Positions 26,220 to 38,899 of a stretch of DNA of 64,000 nt are shown here, one piece after another. The stretch is from Octopus sinensis (Eukaryota). Below the pieces are notes generated by a model. That model was not told the origin of the DNA and did no database searches. It saw only the letters and a program-made list of their open reading frames with translations. The stretch lies in assembly GCF_006345805.1 (NCBI RefSeq), contig NC_042999.1:142166001-142230000 (forward strand), written 5' to 3'. Positions within the stretch are counted from its first letter, which is position 1. Each line of letters begins with the position of its first letter. Position numbers and translations under genes: made by a program.

Positions 26220-28690
26220 ATTCTTAGCACGTGGATATCAAACATTTAAAAAAAAAATTATGAATGGAAATGAAATCCCTACATACAAGTATAAATATAA
26301 CTATACAAACCCTAACACAATACACACAAATACACCACATATATACACACCACAAAACATAACCATATACACACTCACACATACATATACATACGTACAA
26401 GTCTCGATACAAACAAACTTTAATAAAACGACCATGATAAACGAAAACTCATATATATTAATATATATATAAAAGAGTGTGTACACGCAGACGGGTGCAA
26501 TCACACGCACATTCAAAACTTACATATATACAAGTGCATAAATAATCACACCCAATTACATAGCACTCATACACTCCCACATCTACACTTACACTTGTAC
26601 ACTCTCACACATACATACACACCCATACCTACATACAAAAATTCTTATTAAAATAATCATGATCAATAAAATCCATACATACAAGTATAAATATAAAGAT
26701 ACAACCCCTTACACAATACACACAAATACACACACATATATACACACACCCACAGACATAACCATATACACACTCACACATACAAATAATACGTACAAAA
26801 CTCGATACAATCAGATACGCACACACATTCACACATACATAAACATACAAAAGAAAACAATATTTCTACACATAATACGATATATAAAATACTCCATAAG
26901 AAATCAGATTATCATAAGTAACAAGATTAACAAAGGAGAAAAATAGACATACCTTCTAATCAGTATCAAAAGTGAATAACTTATAATAACATTTATTACT
27001 TTATCCGTTACAATAAACAAAATTGCGTTACCATGGAACCGAACATATAAAATTATTAGCGCTACGTAAAACAGCGTCTTTAAAATTATGAATGGAATAT
27101 AAAATTCTTAGCGCGTAGTAAACAAACGTAAATTAAAAAATTATGAATGGATATACAAAACTTTCTACAAATTCTTTAAAAAACCCATAAAAAACGAAAA
27201 CTCATATAGATATTAATATATATATAAAAAAATGAGTGTGTACACGCAGACGGGTGCAATCACACGGACATTCAAAACTTGCATGTATACAAGTGCATAA
27301 ATAATCACACTCAATTACATAGCACTCATACACTACCGCATCTATACTTACACTTGTACACACGCACACATACATACACACCCATACCTACATACAAAAT
27401 ACTTATTAAACTAATCATGATAATGAAGTCTATACATACAAATATAAAGATAAAGATAAAACCCCTTTCATACACAATACACACAAATACACACACATAT
27501 ATACACACACCCACAAACATAACCACATACACACTCACACATACATATACATACGTACAAACTCGATATATACATTAATATTCATTCCCACACTCAATAA
27601 AATATTAAGTAAATACAAAACAAAGAAATACCAATTAAATACTAACTATAATTAAAGTCTAAACTATATAACTAAAAATATATATATGGTACTCTAAACT
27701 AAAAACAAATTAATCTACAGTAACCTTTAATAGGGGGCTATTAATTTTATTAATTTATATATCATTTATGAATGAAATCCATCCATACAAGTATAAATAT
27801 AACTATACAACCCCTAACACAATACACACAAATACACACACATAAATACACACACCCACAAACATAACCATATACACACTCACACATACATATACATACG
27901 TACAAATCTCGATACAAACAAACTTTAATAAAACGACCATGATAAACGAAAACTCATATATATATATTAATATATATATAAAAGAGTGTGTACACGCAGA
28001 CTGGTGCAATCACACGCACATTCAAAACTTACATGTATACAAGTGCATAAATAATCACACCCAATTACATAGCACTCATACACTCCCACATCTACACTTA
28101 CACTTGTACACACTCACACATACATACACCCCCATACCTACATACAAAAATCTTATTAAAATAATCATGATAAATAAAATCCATAACATACAAGTATAAA
28201 TATAAAGATACAACCCCTTACACAATACACACAAATACACACACCTATATACACACAACCCTCAAACATAACCATATACTCACTCACACATACAAATACA
28301 TACGTACAAAACTCGATACAAGCAAAAACGCACACGCACACACATTCACACATACATAAACATACAAAAGAAAAACAACATTTCTACACATAATATGAAT
28401 GGAATATACAAAACTTTCTACAAATTCTTTAAAAAAAACCATAAAAACTAAAACTCTCAGATATATATATAATATATATATAAAAATGAGTGTGTACACG
28501 CAGACGGGTGCAATCACACGGACATTCAAAACTTGTATGTATACAATTGCATAAATATTTACACTCAATTACATAGCACTCATACACTACCGCATCTATA
28601 CTTACACTTGTACACACGCACACCGACATACACACCCATACCTACATGCAAAATACTTATTAAACTAATCATGATAATGAAGTCCATACA
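26220..28690. repeat. Higher-order repeat (~350-bp CA-rich units)
   Basis: GAGTGTGTACACGCAGAC.GGTGCAATCACACG.ACATTCAAAACTT at ~26474, ~27234, ~27983 and ~28488; AACTCGATAC-ending blocks repeat between them. Confidence 0.85.
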
Positions 28691-28767
28691 TTGATAATTT
28701 TATTATTTTATTATTTTAAATTATTTTAAATTATATTTTAAAATATTGATATTTTTAGATCGAAAAT

Positions 28768-28811
28768 CCACCTGAAGATTGTCGGTAGCAGACATGAAAC
28801 ATTTGTAGTGG
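28768..28811 (+). ncRNA. Type I hammerhead ribozyme motif (A)
   Basis: CCAC-CTGAAGA-T-TGTC-GGTAGCA-GACA-T-GAAA-C-ATTT-G-TA-GTGG: stem I CCAC/GTGG, stem II TGTC/GACA, minimal stem III, GUA triplet. Confidence 0.75.
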
Positions 28812-28893
28812 CGGTTTATTTAATTTATATTAAATTTTATGTATTGATAAAAGTCTTTCTTGTTTGGTTTTAAAATAGTGGTTTTGTCTCGAA

Positions 28894-28935
<42 letters not shown>

Positions 28936-28972
28936 ATATATTATACTATATATATTTATTATTATAGAAGGA

Positions 28973-29019
28973 GCTCTAAGGACTAGAACTGTTTCATTCA
29001 AGAGAAATCTTCAGGAAGC
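28973..29019 (-). ncRNA. Degenerate hammerhead motif (B')
   Basis: Inverted copy of 31918-31966, lacking G16.2 and one A of stem I. Confidence 0.5.
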
Positions 29020-29780
29020 TAGTTAACAAGAATTGTATTGGCATTTATACATTTAGGCAGGTTAAAGGGGTGTTGGTGGGGGACTCTTTGGGGGTAGGCA
29101 TAGCGCAAAAAATCATACTTGGGGGAGTGGTCAAGGAGTCAGTGTTAAATTAGATAGGAGAATAAATAAAAAATAAAAAATAAAAAATAAAAAATAAAAA
29201 ATAAAAAATAATAAATAGCGAACTACAAGAACTATAGACCTACCCGGCAACCAGATTGATGACACCCCACCCACAAAACCCCCCCAATCCCACCGTTCCC
29301 CTAGCACCCCCGATTACCTTTTCTCCTAAGACCTTTCACATATTGTATGTGCACGCTTGTAGATGTGTATCGTATATATGTATAGAAATGTATGGGTATA
29401 GTAGGATTATACGCATGTATTATGTGTGTGTGTGCGTGTATGTATGTATAAAAATAAAAAAAAAAAATATATATATGTGTGTGTAATATATATATATATA
29501 TATATATCTATATATATATATATATGTGTGGTGTGTGTATATATATATATATTGTAGGTGCGTGTGTGTGTGGTGTGTGTATATATGTATAGATGTATGT
29601 ATGTATATATGTATATTTGTGTGTATGCATATGTATGTGTATATGTATGTGTGTATGTATATATATATGTGTGTAAGTGTGTGTATATATGTAAATGTAA
29701 GTGTGTGTGCTTGTATGAGAATGTATGTATGTTTGCGCACACATGTATATATATGTGTGTGTAGTGTGTGTGTATGTATA

Positions 29781-29815
<35 letters not shown>

Positions 29816-30209
29816 GTATGTATACATATATATATATATATGTGTGTATATATGTGTATGTATATATATGTGTATGTGAGTGTGTGTGTGTATGCATGTG
29901 TGTATGTGTATGTATGTATGTATATATATGCGTGTGCATGGGTATATGTACATGTACTATGCGCGTGCGCGTACGCTCGTGTGTTTATGTATGTGTAGGT
30001 ACGTAGAGTTATCTATGTGTGTATTTATATGTACATGTGTAAGTATGTATATATATGTATGTATGTGTATGTATATGTATGTGTATGTGTGTGTGTGTAT
30101 ATATATATATATATAATCTATATATATATATAATGTATGTGGTGTGTATGTGTATATGTAGGTGTATTGTGTGTATGTATATATTTATATATATGTGTGT
30201 GTATGTGTG

Positions 30210-30252
<43 letters not shown>

Positions 30253-31546
30253 TATATATTATATATGTATATATATATCTATGTGTGTAAGTTTATTATA
30301 TTTATTATATATATTATTATATGTATGTATCCGTCTATATAATAGGTAACTGCACGTACATATACTTAATATTTATTTTTTAGTATGCATGTATGAATAA
30401 CTGCGCGTATATATATTTACTATTTTACTTATTTTTTGAGTATGGCTTTAGTATGAATATATATATGTATATATATGTATATATATATATATATATTATA
30501 TATAATATATATATATATTAATATATATATGTATATATGTTATGTCATGTATGTATTTGTATGTAGGTGTAACATGTATGTATGTGTGTGTATTTATATT
30601 TATGGGTGTATATGTATAGACTATAGCCTTCTAAGAGTGTAGACATGAATCTGTAGGTACGCGTATATATATATATATATATATAATATATATGTACATG
30701 TATGTATTTGTATGTAGGTGTACATGTATGTGTGTGTTTTTTATATTTATTGGTGTATATGTATAGACTAGCCTTCTAAGAGTGTAGACATGAATCTGTA
30801 GGTACGCGTACGTATGTGTATATACGTGAATGTATGTAGATGTATGTATGTATGAATATAACGCGTGCGTGCGCGTATGCGTATGAGTGTACGAATGAGT
30901 GAGTGTACGTGCTAAAGAGTGTGCGTGAGTGAACGAGTAAGTGTCTTCCAGTAGACGGATAAATGGTCTGGCTGTCATAGCCAAGATGTTTGTGACCAAG
31001 CGGCCAAAGATAACAAAAGTAATAAACGAAGAAATAAAATTAAAATTAGGAATGGGTCTTGTTTGTATATGTATATATATAAATGGTGTATGTGTAGGTA
31101 TGCATGGGGTACACATATGTATATATATGTGTATATATATATATATATGTGTATGTATGTATATGTGTATATGTATGTGTATGTATGTATATATATGTGT
31201 ATGTATGTGTATGTGTGGGTGTATATATATGTGTGTATGTGTATATATGTGTATATAGGGACTAGTGTGGCTGTGTGTGCATGTGTGTGTATGGATTTGT
31301 GTGTGTATCGTGGTATGTGAGTATATGTGTGTGTATGTGTATATATATTTTTTCCTGTGTGTGTATATGTATGTGTGGTCGTGTGTGTATATATACATGT
31401 GTGTATACGTGTATGCAAGTGAGTGTGTGTATGTATACATATATATGTGTATGTGTAGATATGTATAGTATGTGTGAGTGTATATATGTGTGTATGTGTA
31501 GAGGTATAAGTGAGAATCTCCTTATTTACCTAAAACTCTATCCCCC

Positions 31547-31600
<54 letters not shown>

Positions 31601-31917
31601 AATATTTTTTTTTTTATTTTTTTTTTTATTTATTTATTTATTTTTTTTTTTATTTATTTTTTTTTTTTTCTATTTTTTATTTTTATTATTTATTATTTAT
31701 TATTTATATTTTTTATTTTTTTATTTTTTATTTTTTATTTTTTATTTTTTATTTTTTATTTTTAATTTATTCCCTATCTAATTTAACACTGACTCCTTGA
31801 CCACTCCCCCAAGTATGATTTTTTGCGCTATGCCTACCCTAAAAAGTCCCCCACCAACACCCCCTTTAAACCTGCCTAAATGTATATAATGCCAATACAA
31901 TTCTTGTTAACAAGTAC

Positions 31918-31966
31918 GCTTCCTGAAGATTTCTCTTGAATGAAACAGTTCTAGTCCTGTAGAAGC
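31918..31966 (+). ncRNA. Type I hammerhead ribozyme motif (B)
   Basis: GCTTC-CTGAAGA-T-TTC-TCTT-GAA-T-GAAA-CAG-TTCTAGTC-CTG-TA-GAAGC: stem I 5 bp, stem II TTC/GAA, stem III CAG/CTG plus A15.1-U16.1, GUA triplet. Confidence 0.75.
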
Positions 31967-32259
31967 TCCTTCTATATAATAAATTAATTTTACTTTTACT
32001 CTCTATGGATTGGTACCTTATTTACTGTGGTTAACCCCGAATCAACCCGGGACCTACATATATATATATATATATATATCTATATATATATAATATATAT
32101 ATTATATATATAATAATATATATATATATAATATATATATACATATACTTATACATATATATATATATATAAATTTTACTACTTCAAATATAGGATAACA
32201 TTTTTAAAAAATTTCATCAAGTGGCAGCATATAAAATATCTTAAAAGTGAAAATTATAA

Positions 32260-32369
32260 ACAATTATAAACAAGGGCAAAAGAAAAGAGATTTCTATACC
32301 AATATTTAAAGTCTATTCTCAGCATATTGGCATAGAAATCTTTCTTCTTTAGCCCTTGTTTATAATTGT
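32260..32369. repeat. Imperfect hairpin with ~46-bp arms
   Basis: ACAATTATAAACAAGGGC...GATTTCTATACCAATAT versus ATATTGGCATAGAAATC...GCCCTTGTTTATAATTGT. Confidence 0.85.
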
Positions 32370-33447
32370 ATATATATATATATATGCATATACATATATA
32401 ATATATCACAAATTTAAGTTACATGTAGTTTCGTCAGACATCGTATTATATTAGCTTGCTAATTCGGTTACGACCTCCTCCCACCTTTACTCTACTATGC
32501 CTTCCTCCGTACCCATCTCACGTCACCCTCCATCTCTTTCAGAGCGTCTTTACTCGCCCGTATGAGCAGATGGCCCATCCCTCTATTTCATCCTTATATG
32601 TTAAAACTTTGCTTAAAATAATTTGCTAAACAGATTAAGTTATAAGTAATTATATAAGAGGTGTATGGCGAGAAAACTCTTAGAATTCATTGCGTTTTAT
32701 CTCCCCGCCCCTATTGCTTTCTATCCCTCAAAAGTATTATTCTAAGAATATATGCGACAGTTGCACTTTTGTAGGATATTGCCCTTTATCAGAAGGTGTT
32801 TCAATCGTTGTTAACGTACCGCCTTATTTGTTAAAACATGTGCATTACTATATGTAGACATGCCAATGGCTTTGGTTTCAGGTTCGGTAGCATTGCACGA
32901 CATCTTGGGTAAATGTCATCATCTACTGCTTTGATTTATTGATGAAAACATTTGTAAATGAAATTTGGTAGACGGAAAGTGTGCGGCGGTTCGACGACTA
33001 TTGTCTGATAACCTCTGGAAGAAGTAAAAGCGGACGGTCACATAACTTTGTGTTTACGACTAAAAATAATGATGTTTCTGCTAATTAACAATCCGTAAAC
33101 ACAGATCCATGTGGCCGCCAAGTTTTGCGTCTTTCAAACGAAATCACGCCTGCTAAAGTGTTCTCTCGGGATGAAGAGGCTTAACAATTATCAGTGACAC
33201 TGGCCTTAACGAATCAGTCTGGCATAGAGTGTAACAAAGTGCAATCAGTCGGAAGCGCTTTTGCACAGTTTAAGTCCACGTACAAGCCAGGGGTCGAGCC
33301 GACGTAGAAGTAAAAACTACTCGAGATTGCGAAGCGAACTAATTCAACCTTTTCAATCATGTATATGTACACGCGCACGCACGCACACACATACAAACAC
33401 ACACACACATACACAGAAACACACACAAACACATACACATACGTATT

Positions 33448-33514
<67 letters not shown>

Positions 33515-33592
33515 ATTATATTATATTATATATATAATAAATACATACATACATACAACATACAACATACATACAACATACACATACATACA

Positions 33593-33625
<33 letters not shown>

Positions 33626-33729
33626 GTACATACATACATACAACAGTTGGAATCGGGTGTTAATTAATAATTAGAGAAGCTTTAGAAAAGTAACTGCCGA
33701 CATGTTAGAGTCAAGCAATTCATTAAAAA

Positions 33730-34230
33730 AAATTAACATTTGGTTTAAATAACACTCAGGGGGAACACCGTGAAACTAATGACTTATTAGCAGACAGCTC
33801 AAATAAGCATTTTGTGGTCTAATTAGTCAAGATCGTTGAAAGAATTAATGTTAAGAAGGGAAGTCAACTCTGCGTCATTACAGATTTTATAGACTTCCTT
33901 AACAACTTAGTCTTTTAATTTGAAATAAAGTCGTTTCATTAATTCATAAATTGAATTCAAATGTAATTACATAGTATAAATGCTGCTATTACATATTAAA
34001 TTATCCTCATACATTTGCAACCTAACAAGTGCAGCCTGTATACTTTACCCTGAATCCTAGATATAGTAGTCAAATCTGTTTCAAATCACATATGCCATCT
34101 CGACTAAAAGAAGGATTGAGTGAATATGTAATCCCAGATCCTTTGTTTGAAAAAAATAGACGGCTTGATTTCGATTGATCATAGGTCTGCTGGATCAGTG
34201 CCAACCTGGGGTTAAATAACAACAATATAC
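33730..34230. mobile_element. Dispersed repeat (same family as 8890-9330)
   Basis: Shared AACATTTGGTTTAAATAACAC block; ends ACCTGGGGTTAAATAACAACAA. Confidence 0.6.
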
Positions 34231-35769
34231 ATTTGTCAGAAGAACATACATCTTCTGCATCCTAAACCCAGACATAATTGGGTCTCTCAAATGTAATACA
34301 GTGAATTATAAGTGTTCAACTAACTGTGATTGCCCCTGGATTTAGTTGACAAAATCTGCCACCAGGAATGTTTAAGATCTAAAAGCAAAATGAAATTTTG
34401 GAAAATATAAGAAAATACTGGTTAGGTGTAGTGTTGGCTATGAAACAAAATGGTCAAAGCACCTTAGCGAAGCATTATTATACACAGTTGGTAAGTCTAA
34501 GAGTGTTAAAAATGTATATAAAGAGACTATTGTGACGCTGATTAGGAATACAGTTAGCCCTCAGTTATCCAAACGAAACGTGAGGAAAATATTTTGTTTG
34601 AATAAATTATTGTATCGAAAAAAAAAAAAGAAGTAAAGGAATCCATGATGGAAATGTGGTGGGAACGCAAAGGTACAGCGTTCTATTTTTCAGCTATGGA
34701 GAGGGTTGGCTTATTGAGCCTAATCTCACCTTCCCAACCTTAGCATCATGAACTTTATCGTACTTATGGTGCCTATCAGTCATTTCCAACACTGAGCATT
34801 ACGTAAAAAACAGATATTTCCAGAGTTTTCATGTTATTCAATCAATAAAATGCATGCAAACAATGAATATTGCTCGTAATTCTTGATATTCTACTAATAA
34901 AAGAACGTTAAGTAACAAAAATATGGCGCTCAAAAGATGAGGAAACGTTACCAAATTACAAGAAAAAAAAAGAAGTCCACAGATTTATTATATAGATAAA
35001 ATTTATTGAGGTAGAATTTGGTTACATTTTGAGAAGAAAATATCCAGTCATTATAGACTGACGTGCCTGTGCTTCTTTGTTTTTGTCATCGGTAACATTT
35101 ACACTCATGCATCAACTTAACGGCACTAACTTCGTCCCGTGCTTCCATATTCCAGTAGCTTTATTCATGAGATCAGAGGAAGTCTCAATATCTGAGTTTC
35201 ATTATCACTCACAACGTCTCTACTTTCCTACTGTTTCTCTGTGACAACGTTGATAATCTGTCCATTGCTGAGTGTCTCTTCCGTTGTCGTTATCATGGCT
35301 TACACAAACATCAACTTCAGTTTCCAGAAACCTCATAATTCTGGTTATGTGTAGTTCTCAGTGGCTTTAATGACGAATGTCCTCTTCACTATCACAGTTC
35401 CAAAAACTCAAGTCATTGTACCGACACCATGTGACTGTCGATTGTTTAATGGGGTCGATTGTTTGATAAATAAAAGATCCTTGATTATGAATCATTTAAT
35501 AATAACTGATAACACATATTTGGTTTACTGGAGTGGGGGGTGCGTATGTCTATCAGTATTTTTCTTTTGGCGATGAGTTTTACAATGATCTTTGTTTCCA
35601 CCTATCTTCGATATTTTCGGAAATAATTTAAGTTTTGTATGTCATCTTTATATAGCGCAATCTTCAAACAGGCATAGGTGTTGGCTTTATTTTTATCCCT
35701 GCATTGAAAGAAAAATTAACTCACTTAATGTTTAATTTACTCAAAAATTTTCTTGTCTACATTTCCATT

Positions 35770-36041
35770 GTGGGGGCGCAATGGCCCAGTGGTTAGGGCA
35801 GCGGACTCGCGGTCGGAGGATCGCGGTTTCGATTCCCAGACCTGGCGTTGTGTGTGTTTATTGAGCGAAAACACCTAAAAGCTCCACGAAGCTCCAGCAG
35901 GGGATAGTGGCGACCCCTGTTGTACTCTTTCGCCACAACTTTCTCTCACTCTCTCTTCCTGTTTGTTGAGTAACGCTGCGATGGACTGGCGCCCCGTCCA
36001 GCTGGGGGGAACACATACGCCACAGAAACCGGGTAACGTTT
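35770..36041 (+). mobile_element. tRNA-derived SINE (family 4) with a 12-bp TSD
   Basis: A box TGGCCCAGTGG, B box GGTTTCGATTCCC; TSD TACATTTCCATT at 35758-35769 and 36042-36053. Confidence 0.9.
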
Positions 36042-36261
36042 TACATTTCCATTAATGTTGAAGTTACTTGTAACTCACTAATAATTTACAACCTTGTAAC
36101 TTAATATTAATTTTTCCAAATAAAATTACTTAACAAATAATTGGTAATATAAGAATGTTAATGTTTGCTTAAACTTTTCCAAATAAATAAATTCAAGATA
36201 CTTAAAGATTAAATTCAAAGTGCTTTGAAGATTGCATTTTTCTTTTATGCACCTTTTCTAA

Positions 36262-36471
36262 CTAGAAACCATATAATAGTCTCCTATCCAATGTCACAGA
36301 GGCATTGGAACCTTTATCCAGAGATGCAATATTTTGGTGAAATCTTTCGCAGTTCTCCTCACTGATGTCACTTAAATTTTCACGGGAAAAATCAAGATGC
36401 GAATGTAATAAGTATAATTTTAAAGGTATATAGTGAGGAATTTTGTGACTCCTTGGAAATCCATGAACCAC
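36262..36471 (-). mobile_element. CMC/Chapaev3-like transposase C-terminal remnant
   Basis: LKLYLLHSHLDFSRENLSDISEENCERFHQNI resembles the LKIHFLHSHLDFFP.NLG.VSDE.GERFHQDI motif; the superfamily assignment is from memory. Confidence 0.6.
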
Positions 36472-37549
36472 ACCACGAAATGTACACCTTTCGACTTTAC
36501 TTTTTACCTTTCAAGTTTTTCGGACTTGCATTTACTTGCAGTCCAACAAATATAGTACCTTTGATTTTGGTATCAGAGAGTTTCGAAAACATAAGTCGAT
36601 TTTCTTATGAAGCTTTTCGAAATTTTTAGATCTTTACAAAATATTTTACCAATTACAATGTTATGATATAAAGTGGGAATAACAAAACAACACGCGCGCG
36701 CGCACACACACATATCTAGATTGAAAACCAGTCATAAAAGTAAGTTTCTTAAAATCGTCGCACCACACATCTACTTCTATAGTCGATATTGGCAAATAGC
36801 AGTTAAACATTTTTGTAGTCTTTAATTTGCTGCAAATGTGTAGCAGATAGAGATAGATATCGGTGTCTATTTGGGAAAAAAAACTACTTTATGGCTCAAG
36901 TTGAGCTTTATATAGACTGTCACCACTCCACGGGGTATCGCTTCTCTCCAAAAGTAATAAACAAACCAATCACGCTTTTGCAGTAGCACAGATCTCCATT
37001 AACATCAAAGTAAATTGCAAATCGTGCATACCTTTCCCTGCACACTAAAGTCCTGCAATCTCTCCCAATTAAATTTCATTTTACTTTTTATCATGATTGT
37101 TAAATGCTCAGTTTTTGACTCAGTGAGACGCAAGCTTGCAGAAATAGCAATCACTTTGGTGGTTCTTCGATTCACTCCATATTCTAACAATAGCCAATAT
37201 ATAGCTTTTCTTACACCTCTTATTCCTTTTAGAGAACATCAGTAGCTTCCTCATGCTATATAAGAGGGCCAGGGCCTGACTTAATTATCATCAAATATTC
37301 CAAAGTACAGAATTTAGTACTTTTCAAAATTTCATGTGATGTCTACTAGTCCCAACATATTATTCACGAATGTATCTGGCAGACTTTTGTATTCACAACT
37401 TGCAATATTCTACAAGGTTAAGATTCACAACGCTAAAAACAATCTGAAAACGGGAAAATACGACTGTAAATATGAAGGTGGTGAATGTCTATTTGCGATA
37501 ATGTAAGGAACTGTCGAACAACAGCGGGTAGAAGGAAATTAATAGCATT

Positions 37550-38700
37550 TTGAAATCGGTGCCTTAAGTTTAGTACTAGACTGAAAAAATTCACGGTGAG
37601 CAAAAATTTTTACATTTGTTACGTAGTGTAAGCTGATGCAATCCTTTGTTTGCAGTGTCCTCATGCACGACAGTACTAACCCGATACTGCAATAATATAC
37701 TTCTTCGCTGTCATGATGATTCATCTTGTGGCTGTCGCACTGAAATGGTGTTTGGTAGTAAAAACCAAATATTTGACAGCTCTGTCTGGCTGCTTTTCAA
37801 ACTGTCTGACCTCTCATTATCAACAAAGTGAAGGAATGTTGCATTTGTCCAACATTTACTAAATGTTATAAGAAGGTAAGTAAAAATTCTTTCGGAAGAT
37901 GAGAAAAGAGTATACGTCATCGATACACTGTTTTGAGATTTTTTGCTTCACGGGAAACAATGTAATGTATATTAGCATAATATATTCTGATTCAAACAAG
38001 CTGTAATTTATGAGTGCTATTACTACAAGGAAAAAATCGTAAAACAATCTATCGACCCTTTATGTCTCGATACCTTCTTTTCTTCTATGGTCACAATTCA
38101 TGTGCCCGGCCATATACATCAAAACAGTTCACTCCCATCAGAATTGCGCCGGTGTTTAAGTCCATGATTTTCTTCACAGATGATGGATTGTGGTTTCTGT
38201 CTAAAATCTTCAATGATGCTCTCATATTTCCATGCTGCTCTCACACATAGGTGTCTAAAGCATTGAAAATTTTTTAAATGCAGATGATACGCTGTGATGA
38301 GACTTTTGTTGTACTTCACTGGCGTGGATTCGTTCTTGGCAACTAGTAGCTTTATGTTGTAACATCAAACCAGAGACTGAAGTCCCCTTTTCATGCTGCT
38401 GCGAAAACTTCCATATGAAGTGCCATTTTGCTTGTTGATTTTCTCACTCGCTGGTCTTGCTTTCTTGATATTAGACACTGCTGCTTTTTCGATGTTGTAG
38501 TCTTGTGTAGATTTTTTTATGCCTTTTCCCCACAATCCAAACGCTGTGATATCTCGTTTTACTCTTCAATTATCAATGGAATCCGCTTCCTTTTCACATA
38601 CAAGCATGCAGCAACAGTTGCGATTACTTGGAATAAAGTCGTAGAATGAAGACATGGCTGATTTTGGTAAGCTTTAAAATTCAACTGTATGTAGTTTGTT
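37550..38700 (-). mobile_element. Possible highly degraded RTE LINE segment
   Basis: Scattered RTE-like words (FSLWFD); adjacent to the clearer RTE remnant. Confidence 0.3.
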
Positions 38701-38899
38701 AAAATGTTAAAATGATTTTGCTGTTTCAAATGAACAACTTGACACGTAACAGTAACACCTCTCTTGTGAAACGTTTTTACATATATTTCAGTCAATCGAA
38801 TAATAAATAAAAGATTGATAGGTAGCACCAGTATTATTCTTGAGCTCGCGTTTAACTAAGTATGGCTAATTAAATATTCAGAAGCCCTTGAGGTCTTGG

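Larger units (their letters stand above)
25430..28895 (+). mobile_element. Element A: inverted terminal arms around a CA-rich array; probable non-coding PLE derivative
   Basis: ~25510-25730 is the reverse complement of ~28690-28895; flanked by (TA)n; the arms carry hammerhead folds. Confidence 0.75.
28962..31990 (-). mobile_element. Element B: inverted terminal arms around a TG/TA-rich array; probable non-coding PLE derivative
   Basis: ~28962-29215 is the reverse complement of ~31740-31985; flanked by (TA)n; the arms carry hammerhead folds. Confidence 0.75.

Noticed and set aside
32195-32230. Reverse-strand CCACTTGATGA hammerhead-like start
   Set aside because: No downstream GAAA or UH; the fold cannot be completed.
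35772-35842. tRNA-like sequence
   Set aside because: No complete cloverleaf; it continues into a SINE body bounded by a 12-bp TSD.
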